From Candidatus Omnitrophota bacterium (GTDB taxonomy: Bacteria > Omnitrophota > Gorgyraeia > JABMRN01 > RBG-13-46-9), in assembly GCA_016782425.1 (NCBI GenBank), contig JADHYN010000001.1, positions 67,100 to 131,099 on the forward strand: a stretch of DNA of 64,000 nt, written 5' to 3'. The notes below the pieces were generated by a model that was not told the origin of the DNA, did no database searches, and saw nothing but the letters and a program-made list of their open reading frames with translations. Shown in pieces: positions 26,049 through 35,749 of the stretch (position 1 is the stretch's first letter; each line of letters opens with the position of its first letter). The position numbers were made by a program, and so were the translations under genes.

Positions 26049-26471
26049 TTATTTTATAAAATCCATGTAAACTGCCAATAAAATCGCCGCTGCCGAAAGC
26101 CCGAATATAAACACATAGTTTATGGTTTCCTTCCGAGAATTCAGGCCGCATAAAATAGCTGATATGAGATTATAGTCCTCATCTTTAAGGGCCTTTCTGT
26201 CTTTTACTTTTTCTACAAGCTTCCGACCTATTATTATTTTTGCTCTTGCTCTATTGATGCGAAATTTATATACGAAAAAAGCAAAAAAACCACCGACTCC
26301 TATATACCAGGCGATTTTCGAATATACCGGATTAACGTGTACCAATACGGTCACGACCCTTATGGCTATCGTAGCGACAATGCCTATTATAAAAAATATC
26401 CAGGACGTAAAGGAGTCCCTACAATTCTTGTATTCCGTACAATTAACACATTTATTGTTTTCAATAGCCAT
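26049..26471 (-). CDS. Membrane protein with an N-terminal Cys motif ([10 protein letters not shown]); function unknown
   Basis: Three to four TM helices. I chose the start at the second Met to limit the overlap with the upstream gene. Confidence 0.4.
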   Translation of the reverse strand: MAIENNKCVNCTEYKNCRDSFTSWIFFIIGIVATIAIRVVTVLVHVNPVYSKIAWYIGVGGFFAFFVYKFRINRARAKIIIGRKLVEKVKDRKALKDEDYNLISAILCGLNSRKETINYVFIFGLSAAAILLAVYMDFIK

Positions 26472-27201
26472 GTTTTTCGTATCCCGCAAAGTTTTCTTTA
26501 TGTATTTGATTATCGCCAAGTTGCAGTTCGTTTTTTAATAATAAATCCAAGGCGCCTACCATGCCCGGCGGACCGCATACAAAAAAATGCCTGTCTTTAT
26601 AATCAGGTATTACTTTTTTTATCATATCACTTTTTATCCGTCCGTAAAGCCCTTTCCACGTTTGAGCAGAGTCTTTTTCTTCATCCGTAACAGTATAAAC
26701 AATACGTATATTCCGGTCTCTTAATGCCATGCTGTCAAGGTCTTCTTTGAACGGAATATCACTTACGCGCTTATTGCTATATAAAAGAATTATATCTCTA
26801 TCAAGCTTTGCATCGCAAGTAAATTTGCACATGCTACGTATGGGCGTTATGCCGATGCCGCCGGAAAGAAATGCTATTTTCTTTTCATTCCCGAAGGTGA
26901 ATATGCCTAAAGGAAGCTTTATATGTACCCTATCGCCTTTTTTGAGCTTAAGAAGGGCCTGCGAAAAAGGGCTTTCGGTTATTCTCTTGGTAAACTCTAT
27001 ATAGCCTTTTTCCGTGGGCGAGTTGGAAAATGAAAAATATTTGGATTCGGGCTTACCGGCTACTGTTATAGTCAGCTGGAAAAACTGCCCTGCCTTAAAC
27101 TCTATATCATTCGATGCAGCAAACCGAAAACTTATAATATCATGTGTTCTTTTTAGTATATCTATTATTTTAGTGTCAAGCTCTTGCATCTTACCTCGCA
27201 A
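26461..27201 (-). CDS. FNR-like FAD/NAD(P)-binding oxidoreductase
   Basis: KAGQFFQL, YFSFSNSP, FLSGGIGITP and FVCGPPGMV motifs. Confidence 0.7.
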   Translation of the reverse strand: MRGKMQELDTKIIDILKRTHDIISFRFAASNDIEFKAGQFFQLTITVAGKPESKYFSFSNSPTEKGYIEFTKRITESPFSQALLKLKKGDRVHIKLPLGIFTFGNEKKIAFLSGGIGITPIRSMCKFTCDAKLDRDIILLYSNKRVSDIPFKEDLDSMALRDRNIRIVYTVTDEEKDSAQTWKGLYGRIKSDMIKKVIPDYKDRHFFVCGPPGMVGALDLLLKNELQLGDNQIHKENFAGYEKHGY

Positions 27202-27601
27202 GATTCTTTATGAGATCTTTTATGGTAATCGAATTCAATACTCTTATTGCATTTTTTTCTATGCCATCCAGCGCTTTTTTCAGCTTACATACTTTTATGT
27301 GCGGGCATAGTCTTTTTATAAAAACGTGCTCACTTAATTGTATTTTACCCTGAAATGCTTCAATTACTTCTCTAACCCTTATAAGCCCGGGTTTGCGCAT
27401 TAAAACAAAACCGCCACCCTTTCCCCTTGTTGACTTGAGAAATCCTTTTTTATTAAGGTGCTGAAGTATTTTTCTCAAGAAGGGTTTTGTTATTTTTGAT
27501 TCCTTAACAAGCCCCTTTACGGAAAGAACTTTTTTCTCATTTTTAGCTATATAGCAAAGCGCGCGTATCGCGTAATCAGTATTTCTGGTAATTAGTTTCA
27601 T
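27191..27601 (-). CDS. Rrf2-family regulator with candidate cluster-binding Cys residues
   Basis: MKLITRNTDYAIRALCYIA wHTH, with C-terminal Cys residues in ..RLCPHIKVCKL. Confidence 0.85.
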   Translation of the reverse strand: MKLITRNTDYAIRALCYIAKNEKKVLSVKGLVKESKITKPFLRKILQHLNKKGFLKSTRGKGGGFVLMRKPGLIRVREVIEAFQGKIQLSEHVFIKRLCPHIKVCKLKKALDGIEKNAIRVLNSITIKDLIKNLAR

Positions 27602-27609
27602 TTCTCTTT

Positions 27610-28161
27610 TTATATGCTGTACGCTACGATTTCGGAAAGCACCACTATGTCTTCTGTTTCAAAAATATCGGCTATATTCTTATCAAAAAGCACGTTAGCT
27701 TCCGGGCCAAATTCATCATCGCCCCGCCACATCGTAATAAGAATGGGCACCTTTTCTAAAGGCTCGAGGATCACGCTTATATCCGCCATTTGCACGGCTT
27801 TGGCTTTAAATCGCTCTACGAGCTTTGCGAGTTTTTCCGGGAAGTCTCCGTATTTTTCTTTTATTACGTCTATTACCCTTTTTTTAAACGTCGGGTAATA
27901 CCCCTCGCCTCCTGCAAGTTCCTTGAAAGAAATCCAGTCGCCTGAAACAGGCCGAAGGCCTTCAAGGTGTTTGGTTAAATAATGCATGGCTATTATGCTT
28001 GTATAATCCTTTGCCGGTATGCCGGAGGGTACCGAAAGAACCTTTTGTTTTTCGAGGTCTATCATATAATTAGTGGATAGGAATTTTACTGTATGGTTTT
28101 TTTTGTCCGATACTTTTTTGAGATCCTTCCATGATTTTGAAAGAGCCTGTTCGTATCCCAT
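27610..28161 (-). CDS. DUF3786-like protein
   Basis: 183 aa. The family is recalled from the N-terminal pattern only. Confidence 0.45.
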   Translation of the reverse strand: MGYEQALSKSWKDLKKVSDKKNHTVKFLSTNYMIDLEKQKVLSVPSGIPAKDYTSIIAMHYLTKHLEGLRPVSGDWISFKELAGGEGYYPTFKKRVIDVIKEKYGDFPEKLAKLVERFKAKAVQMADISVILEPLEKVPILITMWRGDDEFGPEANVLFDKNIADIFETEDIVVLSEIVAYSI

Positions 28162-28166
28162 CCGTT

Positions 28167-28649
28167 TTATTTTCTGGCGGAGAGTTTCTTATCTATTTCT
28201 TTTATGCCTTTTTCTCCAGCCTTCTTTATTTCCTCCAATATGCCGGCCGGGGTAGATTCTTCTTCGCGCTGCTCTTTAACAAACCACTGAAGAAAATTTT
28301 CCGTTTCCGTATCTTTTTCGGTTCTCGCCAGTTCAACAAGGGCTTTAATAAGGCCTGTCACCTTTTTTTCGTGAGCGAGCGTTTTTTCAAACAGATCCTG
28401 CCCGGATGTAAAGTCTTGCGGCGGCTCGTCAATCGCTTTTAGCATGGCCCTTTGTCCGTTTTTGTTTATGTAGTTGAGGATAACTTTTGCGTGAGCTATT
28501 TCTTCTTTCCATTGAGCATAAAACCAGTTGGCAAAACCACCAAGCCCTGTTGATGCGGCATAGTCTGACATGCCTAGATAGAAATAGCCGGAATAGATCT
28601 CTTTATTCATCTGTTCGCTTAAGTTCTCAAGTATTTTTTTACTTAGCAT
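28167..28649 (-). CDS. ftn: Ferritin
   Basis: NKEIYSGYFYL, EEIAHA and a ferroxidase-centre Glu/His pattern, 160 aa. Confidence 0.85.
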   Translation of the reverse strand: MLSKKILENLSEQMNKEIYSGYFYLGMSDYAASTGLGGFANWFYAQWKEEIAHAKVILNYINKNGQRAMLKAIDEPPQDFTSGQDLFEKTLAHEKKVTGLIKALVELARTEKDTETENFLQWFVKEQREEESTPAGILEEIKKAGEKGIKEIDKKLSARK

Positions 28650-28890
28650 TTTTATTGCCTCTCTCTTTTAGGTATTTTTTATACACTTCGTCTCCTACGC
28701 ACTCTTTGGCGTACTTACACCAATCTAGGCAAGCAGGTGAATTTTTTCGGGTCACTATTTTTTTGCACTTCGGGCATTTTATCTTTGTCTCATCCGTCCA
28801 TATCTCTATTTTTTCTCCGCAGAATGAACATTTTATCTCTTCAGGCTGTGGCCGGCTGAATTTCTGCGACCCCGGACACTTAAAGATCAT
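28639..28890 (-). CDS. Cys-rich zinc-ribbon protein
   Basis: CSFCG..CPKC ribbon plus the CLDWCKYAKEC motif. Confidence 0.45.
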   Translation of the reverse strand: MIFKCPGSQKFSRPQPEEIKCSFCGEKIEIWTDETKIKCPKCKKIVTRKNSPACLDWCKYAKECVGDEVYKKYLKERGNKNAK

Positions 28891-29576
28891 ATTTTATCAC
28901 CTTTTATACTGACAGTCACTTCTTTAAAAGGTATTTTCTTTCCTGATGCGGCAATAGCCCCTTTTACCATACTTACAAGGCCAAAACAGCACGGCACTTC
29001 CATATGTGCCGAAGTAATGGATTTTACGTCATTTTGCTTCAATATATCTGTAAGCTTCTTACTATAATATTGTGCATCGTCAAGCTTAGGACAGCCTACA
29101 AGAAGCACTTTCCCGGAAAGTAAATCATTATGAAAATCCGCATACACAAAGGGAACACAATCCGCAGCCACAAGAAGATCAGCCCCATTAAAATAAGGCG
29201 CAAACACCGGAACAAGCCTTATCTGAAGGGGCCAATTTCCAAGCTGTGAGATCTGGGTTCCGGATGCCTTGTCCCGAATACCGGACTTCTTGCTCTTATT
29301 AAGATCCATGACTTTTGAGCCTGGACACTTGCCCTGAGCATGGAGATTCTCGTGAGCCTTCTTTTTATCGAACGATTCGACTTCGCGTTCCTCTATTGTA
29401 ATGGCCCCCTCTGGGCAGTGGCCTATGCACGCACCCAGGCCGTCACAAAAAACCTCACTTACAAGGCGCGCCTTTTCGTTTATAATCTGCAAAGCTCCTT
29501 CAGCGCAATTTGGAACGCATTGGCCGCATCCGTTACATTTATCTTCATCAATTTTAATTATCTTTCGCTTCGACAT
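28887..29576 (-). CDS. 4Fe-4S dicluster domain protein with a Cys-rich C-terminal domain
   Basis: CNGCGQCVPNC, CDGLGACIGHCP, GCPKLDD and EVPCC motifs, with an AAGGAG RBS. Confidence 0.6.
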   Translation of the reverse strand: MSKRKIIKIDEDKCNGCGQCVPNCAEGALQIINEKARLVSEVFCDGLGACIGHCPEGAITIEEREVESFDKKKAHENLHAQGKCPGSKVMDLNKSKKSGIRDKASGTQISQLGNWPLQIRLVPVFAPYFNGADLLVAADCVPFVYADFHNDLLSGKVLLVGCPKLDDAQYYSKKLTDILKQNDVKSITSAHMEVPCCFGLVSMVKGAIAASGKKIPFKEVTVSIKGDKI

Positions 29577-29603
29577 AATTAACTCCTTAAAAATTTGGGC
29601 AGT

Positions 29604-29684
29604 TTAGAGTGATGCCCAGCACCGCATATTGCAGCCTTCTTTGCAGTGAGCAACCGCTCTAAGCATGGATTTTCTGGTCCACAT
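29604..29684 (-). CDS. Candidate 26-aa Cys-rich leader ORF
   Basis: MWTRKSMLRAVAHCKEGCNMRCWASL. There is a perfect AAGGAGG 6 nt upstream of the ATG. The ORF is below the track's size cut-off. Confidence 0.3.
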   Translation of the reverse strand: MWTRKSMLRAVAHCKEGCNMRCWASL

Positions 29685-29704
29685 GGTAAACCTCCTTGTT
29701 AGTT

Positions 29705-29734
29705 AAATGATACCATATTGGTATCATTTGTCAA
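29705..29734 (-). promoter_or_regulatory. Promoter with an overlapping 10-5-10 palindromic operator
   Basis: AAATGATACC-atatt-GGTATCATTT (29705-29729) abuts the minus-strand -35 TTGACA (29729-34) and covers the TATCAT -10. Confidence 0.5.
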
Positions 29735-29754
29735 GTCTTTTCACGAAACTTTTT

Positions 29755-30921
29755 TTATAGAGAAGATTTTAGTATAGAAACTATATCGCGCTCGGCAAGT
29801 GTTTTAAAGGACCCTACTTTACCCCAGTCTTGGATTGCGCTTTGGGCCATTTTGAGAAAATGATCAGATGGAATGTTTACTTCTTTTAGCGTTACGGGAA
29901 GGCCAAGAGTTTTAAAAAAGTTTTTTGTTTTTTCTATTGCTTCGAAAGCGATGCTTTCTTTCGCCTTATGCTTGTCGATACCCCATACATTTATTCCGTA
30001 GTCAGCGAATTTATTGATTGTTTTCCCGCTTAAGACATGCTTCATCCAGTTCGGGACTACGATCGCCAATCCCGCTCCGTGGCTTATGTCGTATATGGCA
30101 GAGAGTTCATGCTCTATGGCGTGAGATGCCCAATCCTCTTCCTTACCCTCGCCTATCAAATCATTTAATGCGAGCGTCCCGGCCCATAGAATATTTGCGC
30201 GGGCATCATAGTCAGCTGGTTTTTTACATGCAACAGGGCCGTACTTTAAGCATACTTTTAAAAGCGCCTCTGCAATGCGGTCCTGGACGTCTGCAGCATG
30301 GGTGTGACTGAAATATTGCTCAAAGATATGCGCCATTATGTCAGCGACACCGGCGGCAGTGTGATAGCGGTTAACCGTATACGTGTATTCCGGGTCAAGA
30401 ACGGAGAAGCAAGGCCTGAGAACAGGCGAACCTATGGCAAGCTTTCGTTTTGTATCTTCTTTGGTAATAACCGTATTCCCGTTCATTTCAGATCCTGTCG
30501 CAGCCAGCGTAAGCACTGTTCCTATTGGAAGCGCTTTTACAGGACGCACCCCTTTCGAAAAAAAGTCCCACACATCTCCTTTATATAAGACCCCGCAAGC
30601 TATGGCTTTCGAAGCATCTATTACGCTCCCGCCTCCCACTGCAAGTATAAAATCTATTTTTTCTTTTTTGCAAAGCTCTATGCCCTGATATACGCTTTTA
30701 AGACGGGGATTTGGAAGAATTCCGGAAAGCTCGATGAAGGGTATTTTGGCCTTTTTGACTTGTTTTATTACAGCGTCAAATATGCCATTACGTTTTACGC
30801 TGCCCTGGCCCGTTACAACCAGTATCTTTTCGGCGCGTTTTTTAAGCTCTGCTTCAATTGCTTCTACTTGCCCCTTGCCAAAATAAATGATTGTCGGTAT
30901 ATTATGTGTAAAGTTTATCAT
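29755..30921 (-). CDS. Iron-containing alcohol dehydrogenase (YqhD/BdhA-like)
   Basis: GGGSVIDASK and the His-rich metal site (HIFEQY, HAIEHELS), 388 aa. Confidence 0.9.
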   Translation of the reverse strand: MINFTHNIPTIIYFGKGQVEAIEAELKKRAEKILVVTGQGSVKRNGIFDAVIKQVKKAKIPFIELSGILPNPRLKSVYQGIELCKKEKIDFILAVGGGSVIDASKAIACGVLYKGDVWDFFSKGVRPVKALPIGTVLTLAATGSEMNGNTVITKEDTKRKLAIGSPVLRPCFSVLDPEYTYTVNRYHTAAGVADIMAHIFEQYFSHTHAADVQDRIAEALLKVCLKYGPVACKKPADYDARANILWAGTLALNDLIGEGKEEDWASHAIEHELSAIYDISHGAGLAIVVPNWMKHVLSGKTINKFADYGINVWGIDKHKAKESIAFEAIEKTKNFFKTLGLPVTLKEVNIPSDHFLKMAQSAIQDWGKVGSFKTLAERDIVSILKSSL

Positions 30922-30933
30922 GTTCTGTTTCTT

Positions 30934-30963
30934 AATGAAACCATATTGACATTATCTTGTCAA
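30934..30963 (-). promoter_or_regulatory. Second copy of the operator/-35 module, upstream of the adh gene
   Basis: aatgaaaccatattgacattatcTTGTCAAgtct aligns with 29706-29738 (aatgataccatattggtatcatTTGTCAAgtct). Confidence 0.4.
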
Positions 30964-31010
30964 GTCTCCTGAAACTATCGCTCCGTAAGCTTATTGTATC
31001 CCTCATTTTT

Positions 31011-32219
31011 TTAATCCTTAAAAGGCCTTTCCTTAAGCGATTTAAAGGCGTATCCTGACTGCGCGCTCGGCACGGGAGCTACGGGATCGGTCAAAAGAAA
31101 ATCTTTCTTTTCGATCCGCTCCTTCAGTATGTTTGCGATCTCCAACGCCTTTCTATAACTGGAAAGGCTTGCCGTAGGAACTTCATTGCCCCGGACAGTT
31201 ATCTTACCGGACTTTAGCTCTTCGTAGTTTTTTTCATCCAATGAACCTGGTTTTCCGTTAGGATATGCGTCGCTATAATCAACTACCTGGGCCCATATTT
31301 CCCTGTCTCTAACAGCTGTGTATTGACATATTTCCTCATTCAGAATGGGTATGGGAATGCCTATACCTACTGTAAGCGTTACTCCATATCCCTGAAACGA
31401 CGAACCCTTGAGCCATTTTGGACTCATCTGTTTAAGGTCCCCTAAAACAGCCAGCGTACCTGCCGGTGCCTGCGGCACTCCGTTATCCTTGCGCTTAACA
31501 GAAGGGTTGTGCTGGGTTCCGTGCCATACCACATATCCTTCGCCTCCACCCAGGAATATCTTCGTACCTATACCTATCGTCTTATAGTACGGGTCGTTTA
31601 AAAGCGGCGAAAGCTGGCCTGCCGAGCAATAGTTTGCATTTCCAAGTTTCGGTTTCAGCGTACCCATATAGGTATATATGACTTTTTCTGACAGGTTAAC
31701 CGCTACATTGTAATTCTGATAAGCGTTTCGCGGATTAAAAAGTACCGCCTCATTCAGATCTTTGATGTTTATGAGCGTTTTTAATTTCTTCCGCGGATAG
31801 CAGTCAGTACCGTAGGCAGTTGCCTCAAGTTTCAGATCCTTGCCGGCCACTAGATCCTCGATTACGTGGGCTCCCCCATATTCAAACGCGCCGGGAAAAA
31901 CTTTGTTGCATGGGTCATCGTCCGCGAGCATTGTCGCTCCTATATAAAGATCAACTGCTGCAAATCCAGCATGGGTGGGCACACCGTTTATATAAGCTTT
32001 TCCACCGCCTATTTTCATCTTTGGCTTTGTGTGGCCTATGTTTAGATAAGCTCCGGATGAGCACATAGGGCCGAAGGTGCCGGTGGTAACCACGTCTACT
32101 TTCTCGGCTGCTTTTTTTACGCCGAGTTTGTCCACAATATCTATAATTTCTTCCGCTGTCACGACAACAGCATGCCCTTTTTTTATCTTCTCGTTGATCT
32201 CTTTTATCGTCTTTGCCAT
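31011..32219 (-). CDS. DUF39/COG1900-type homocysteine biosynthesis protein
   Basis: VVTTGTFGPMCSSG and other family-typical motifs, adjacent to cysK. Confidence 0.65.
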   Translation of the reverse strand: MAKTIKEINEKIKKGHAVVVTAEEIIDIVDKLGVKKAAEKVDVVTTGTFGPMCSSGAYLNIGHTKPKMKIGGGKAYINGVPTHAGFAAVDLYIGATMLADDDPCNKVFPGAFEYGGAHVIEDLVAGKDLKLEATAYGTDCYPRKKLKTLINIKDLNEAVLFNPRNAYQNYNVAVNLSEKVIYTYMGTLKPKLGNANYCSAGQLSPLLNDPYYKTIGIGTKIFLGGGEGYVVWHGTQHNPSVKRKDNGVPQAPAGTLAVLGDLKQMSPKWLKGSSFQGYGVTLTVGIGIPIPILNEEICQYTAVRDREIWAQVVDYSDAYPNGKPGSLDEKNYEELKSGKITVRGNEVPTASLSSYRKALEIANILKERIEKKDFLLTDPVAPVPSAQSGYAFKSLKERPFKD

Positions 32220-32245
32220 TTTTTTCTCCTTTTTAAAATAAGACT

Positions 32246-33172
32246 TTACTTCTCGTCAAACAAACCCGTGGAAAGATACCTTTCTCCCGAATCCGGTAAA
32301 ATTGCAACAATAAGTTTATTTTTATTTTCTTTTCTCTTTCCTACCTCAATTGCCGCCCATACTGCTGCGCCGGAAGAAATACCCGTAAATAACCCTTCTT
32401 CTTTGGCTAATCTTCTTGCGGTTATCGCCGCATGTTCGTTTGTCACCTGAATTATCTCGTCTAATAAATCTCTCCTTAATACACCAGGAATAAATCCTGC
32501 GCCAATACCCTGGATCTTGTGCGGGCCGGGCCTTCCTCCGGAAAGGATCGGTGAATCTTTTGGCTCAACAGCGATAGCTTTAAAGTCTTTTTTTCGCTTC
32601 TTAATTACTTCGCTTATGCCAGTAATCGTTCCCCCTGTGCCGACTCCGGAAACCACTATATCCACCCTGCCATCCGTATCCTTCCATATCTCTTCAGCCG
32701 TGGTCTTGCGATGAACTTCAGGGTTTGCCGGATTCTTAAATTGTTGGGGTACAAAATATTGTGAATTACTTTTTGCCAGCTCTTCTGCTTTTTCTACGGC
32801 CCCTTTCATGCCTTCGTTTCCGGGCGTCAGGATTGTTTTAGCGCCTAAGGCCTTTAATAGGGACCTTCTCTCAAGGCTCATAGTATCAGGCATCGTAAGA
32901 ATAAGTTTATACCCTCTTGCGGCACAGGCAAAAGCCAGGGCTATACCTGTATTTCCGCTTGTAGGCTCAACAATAACAGAATCCTTGGTTATTGCTCCTT
33001 CTTTTTCTCGAGCCTCTATCATACTTATCCCTATTCTGTCCTTGACGCTCGAAAGTGGATTAAAAAATTCAAGCTTCCCTACAATATCAGCATGAACTCC
33101 TGATGTTATTCTATTCAGCCTTACCAGCGGCGTGTTTCCTATTAACTCTGTAATATCTTTTGCTATTTTCAT
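32246..33172 (-). CDS. cysK: Cysteine synthase A (O-acetylserine sulfhydrylase)
   Basis: [11 protein letters not shown] (the PLP Lys), EPTSGNTG and [10 protein letters not shown] motifs. Confidence 0.9.
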   Translation of the reverse strand: MKIAKDITELIGNTPLVRLNRITSGVHADIVGKLEFFNPLSSVKDRIGISMIEAREKEGAITKDSVIVEPTSGNTGIALAFACAARGYKLILTMPDTMSLERRSLLKALGAKTILTPGNEGMKGAVEKAEELAKSNSQYFVPQQFKNPANPEVHRKTTAEEIWKDTDGRVDIVVSGVGTGGTITGISEVIKKRKKDFKAIAVEPKDSPILSGGRPGPHKIQGIGAGFIPGVLRRDLLDEIIQVTNEHAAITARRLAKEEGLFTGISSGAAVWAAIEVGKRKENKNKLIVAILPDSGERYLSTGLFDEK

Positions 33173-33189
33173 TTTTTTATCCTTTATTT

Positions 33190-33612
33190 TTATATCTGGT
33201 ACGCAATAGCACTTTCTATTCCTTTTGCCCGTTTTACTATATCCTCGAAAGTAATTTTATCCAGCACCCGGGCCATTGCATCCTCTACTTCATTCCATAT
33301 CTTCGTAAATACAACTTTCTTTTTTCCGGCAGAATCAGCCACCGGTAAAAACGGTCCTCCCATCTGGCGCATTACTTCCCCGAGGCTTATTTCATTCGAC
33401 TCCTTGGCAAGATTATACCCTCCACTCTTTCCTCTGGCACTTACAACTAATCCCATCCTTTGCAGCTGGATCAGAATTTGTACCAGGTATTTTATGGGTA
33501 TCCCCTGTTTTCGCGATATGTCTTTTGTATGGAGAGGATTTTTATTTGGCCGGTGTAGCGCCAACTCAAGGAGTGCCCTACAAGCATAATCGCATCTAGC
33601 TGAAATCCTCAT
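33190..33612 (-). CDS. Rrf2-family regulator (CymR/IscR-like)
   Basis: [18 protein letters not shown] wHTH, first gene of the cysK unit. Confidence 0.85.
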   Translation of the reverse strand: MRISARCDYACRALLELALHRPNKNPLHTKDISRKQGIPIKYLVQILIQLQRMGLVVSARGKSGGYNLAKESNEISLGEVMRQMGGPFLPVADSAGKKKVVFTKIWNEVEDAMARVLDKITFEDIVKRAKGIESAIAYQI

Positions 33613-33655
33613 ACACGGTCCTTTCTAATCATTATTATGTTTATCAACATAGTAA

Positions 33656-33684
33656 AGTATGCCATTTTTTTCCTTTTTTGTCAA
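33656..33684 (-). promoter_or_regulatory. Candidate promoter for the Rrf2-cysK-DUF39 unit
   Basis: On the minus strand, TTGACA (33679-84), a 17-nt spacer, then CATACT (33656-61). Confidence 0.5.
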
Positions 33685-33702
33685 TAGAAATATTAATTCT
33701 TT

Positions 33703-33750
33703 CCAAAAAAATACCTCTCATCCTTTTGTTGCGCCAAAAAGATGAGAGGT
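33703..33750 (-). terminator. Rho-independent terminator after the Isf-like gene
   Basis: A 10-bp stem (ACCTCTCATC / GATGAGAGGT) with an 18-nt loop, followed on the minus strand by ATTTTTTT. Confidence 0.65.
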
Positions 33751-33796
33751 AAATTATTTGCTCTATATTGCCTTTATCGAGCTGCCTACTGTGGTG

Positions 33797-34393
33797 TTAC
33801 ATTGAAGGTTTCCTAGGTTTCTCCGTAATTCTTATACCTAATTCAAATGCCTTATCGAGAAGTTCCTTCTGCTCCAAAACCGCACCTTTGTAATCTAACC
33901 CTTTACACAAAAGCTCTTCCTTATAATTTAAGCTTGCGGTCGCAAAGAAGTTTTTGATTATGGATTTTGCGTTTGCGAGAAAATCATCTCTTTTAGACGC
34001 CTCGACTAAAATAAGCGCCCCGGTTTTTTTTTCTGTCCTCTGTCCTCTGCCTTCTGTCTTCTGTGTCATATACTTATAGCGCCAGGCGCATTGGAACCTG
34101 TCGATAAGGATTTTCGACTGGGCGCTTAAAGACCCGAAGAATATAGGCGAGGCAAAGATTACAGCGTCTGCTTCTTTTATTTTCTTAAAGGTTTCCTGAA
34201 AGTCGTCCTCTATCTTGCACGTGCCGTCACCTTTGACATCTTTGCACTCCTGGCACGGAACCATTTTCAAATCATTCAGGACTATTTTTTCCGTCTTAGC
34301 GCCCTTTGAACGGGCGCCAATAAGCGCCTTCTCAAGAAGCGTATCTGTGTTGCCGTTTTTTCGGGGGCTACCTAGTATGCCGAGTATGTACAT
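33797..34393 (-). CDS. Iron-sulfur flavoprotein / NADPH-dependent FMN reductase-like
   Basis: ILGSPRKNGNT flavodoxin-like start and a CQECKDVKGDGTC compact Cys motif. Confidence 0.7.
   Translation of the reverse strand: MYILGILGSPRKNGNTDTLLEKALIGARSKGAKTEKIVLNDLKMVPCQECKDVKGDGTCKIEDDFQETFKKIKEADAVIFASPIFFGSLSAQSKILIDRFQCAWRYKYMTQKTEGRGQRTEKKTGALILVEASKRDDFLANAKSIIKNFFATASLNYKEELLCKGLDYKGAVLEQKELLDKAFELGIRITEKPRKPSM
34033..34067. repeat. In-frame 7-nt tandem array inside the Isf-like gene
   Basis: Units are ctgtcct ctgtcct ctgcctt ctgtctt ctgtgtc, preceded by a T-run. The array encodes ..TQKTEGRGQRTEKK.. Confidence 0.75.
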
Positions 34394-34410
34394 ATCTTTT
34401 ATCGTTTTTC

Positions 34411-34529
34411 GTCAATCGGTTGCGGTTGCGTCGCGTGAAACGTCAATCGTCAGTCGGTTGCGTGAATATCGACGCGGCCGAACGACGCAACCGTTTCTCG
34501 CGACGCAAACTACCGACACAACCACAACC
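34411..34529. repeat. Palindromic intergenic element, family 2, copy c
   Basis: gtcaatcggttgcggttgcgtcgcg .. acgcaaccgtttctcgcgacgcaaactaccgacacaaccacaacc. Confidence 0.65.
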
Positions 34530-34533
34530 AAAA

Positions 34534-34758
34534 CTAACTAACTTGCTCTACCCCTTTAACCTCCGGTATCTCACGTTTCAAAGTCGCTTCGATGCCGGAT
34601 TTAAGCGTCATCTGACTCATCGGGCAATGACTGCAGGCCCCCACAAGCCTTACCTTTACTATGCCGTCCGACGTTACCTCTATTAACTGAACATCTCCGC
34701 CGTCTCTCTGGAGCGCCGGGCGTATTTTCGCTATTACTGCTTCAACTTTTTCTTTCAT
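34534..34758 (-). CDS. NifU C-terminal-domain (Nfu-type) Fe-S carrier
   Basis: GGDVQLIEV..GACSHCPMSQMTLK. Confidence 0.8.
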   Translation of the reverse strand: MKEKVEAVIAKIRPALQRDGGDVQLIEVTSDGIVKVRLVGACSHCPMSQMTLKSGIEATLKREIPEVKGVEQVS

Positions 34759-34771
34759 TATTACCCCTTTT

Positions 34772-35740
34772 CTATAGATATGTTCCGTTTTCGAGATACC
34801 CTACATAGTCCTTCACCGCGTCTTTTAGCGTGAAAAACTTATGCTTTGTTCCCGCCTTTTTAAGTTTCGTAAGATCCGCCTCTGTAAAATATTGATATTT
34901 GTCGCGTAAACTTTGCGGCATATCTACATATTCTATGTTCGGCTTCTTGCCTAGAGCCGCAAAAAGCGCTTCGGCAAGCGCGTTCCAGGTCTGGGCATAC
35001 CCGGTTCCTATATTAAATATGCCGCGCATCTCGGGATTCTTAAAGAAATGATAAACAAGCTCCATAGTGTCCTTCACGTAGATAAAGTCTCTTTTCTGCT
35101 CGCCGTCTGCATAATCAGGCCGGTGGGATTTAAAAAGTCGAATTTTCCCTGTTTCTTTTATCTGTTTGTAGCCCTTATTCACCATACTTCGCATGTCGTC
35201 CTTATGGCTTTCGTTCGGCCCGTATACGTTAAAAAATTTGAATCCGACGAATTCTTTTTGTAGCCTGTTCTTTAAAACCCATAGGTCGAAGGCGTGTTTT
35301 GAGTAACCGTAAACATTTAAAGGCTTGAGCCCGGGTGTAACCTTGTCGTTATCCGAATACCCATCCTTGCCGCTACCGTACGTGGCAGCACTTGAAGCAT
35401 ACAGAAATCTTTTTCGGTTTTTAAGCGCCCATTGGGCAAGGCGTTTTGAATACACGTAATTATTTTCCATCATGTACGTGGCGTCTGTTTCAGTGGTGGA
35501 TGTGCACGCGCCCATGTGTATGATAACGTCGATTTTGTTCTTTAATGATGGGTCATCGAGAAGCGATAAAAACTTATCCTTCTCCACGTAATCCTCGAAA
35601 CGCTTGCCAACAAGGTTTTTCCATTTTTCAGAACCGGCCAGGTGATCCACGATGATTATATCTTGAATACCGGCCGCATTAAGCTTCCAAACAATGGCGC
35701 TTCCTATGAACCCGGCGCCACCCGTAACTAAAACTTTCAT
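34772..35740 (-). CDS. hldD: ADP-L-glycero-D-manno-heptose 6-epimerase
   Basis: VTGGAGFIGS, YGYSK, and overall HldD-like length and sequence. Confidence 0.8.
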   Translation of the reverse strand: MKVLVTGGAGFIGSAIVWKLNAAGIQDIIIVDHLAGSEKWKNLVGKRFEDYVEKDKFLSLLDDPSLKNKIDVIIHMGACTSTTETDATYMMENNYVYSKRLAQWALKNRKRFLYASSAATYGSGKDGYSDNDKVTPGLKPLNVYGYSKHAFDLWVLKNRLQKEFVGFKFFNVYGPNESHKDDMRSMVNKGYKQIKETGKIRLFKSHRPDYADGEQKRDFIYVKDTMELVYHFFKNPEMRGIFNIGTGYAQTWNALAEALFAALGKKPNIEYVDMPQSLRDKYQYFTEADLTKLKKAGTKHKFFTLKDAVKDYVGYLENGTYL

Positions 35741-35749
35741 ATTATCCTC

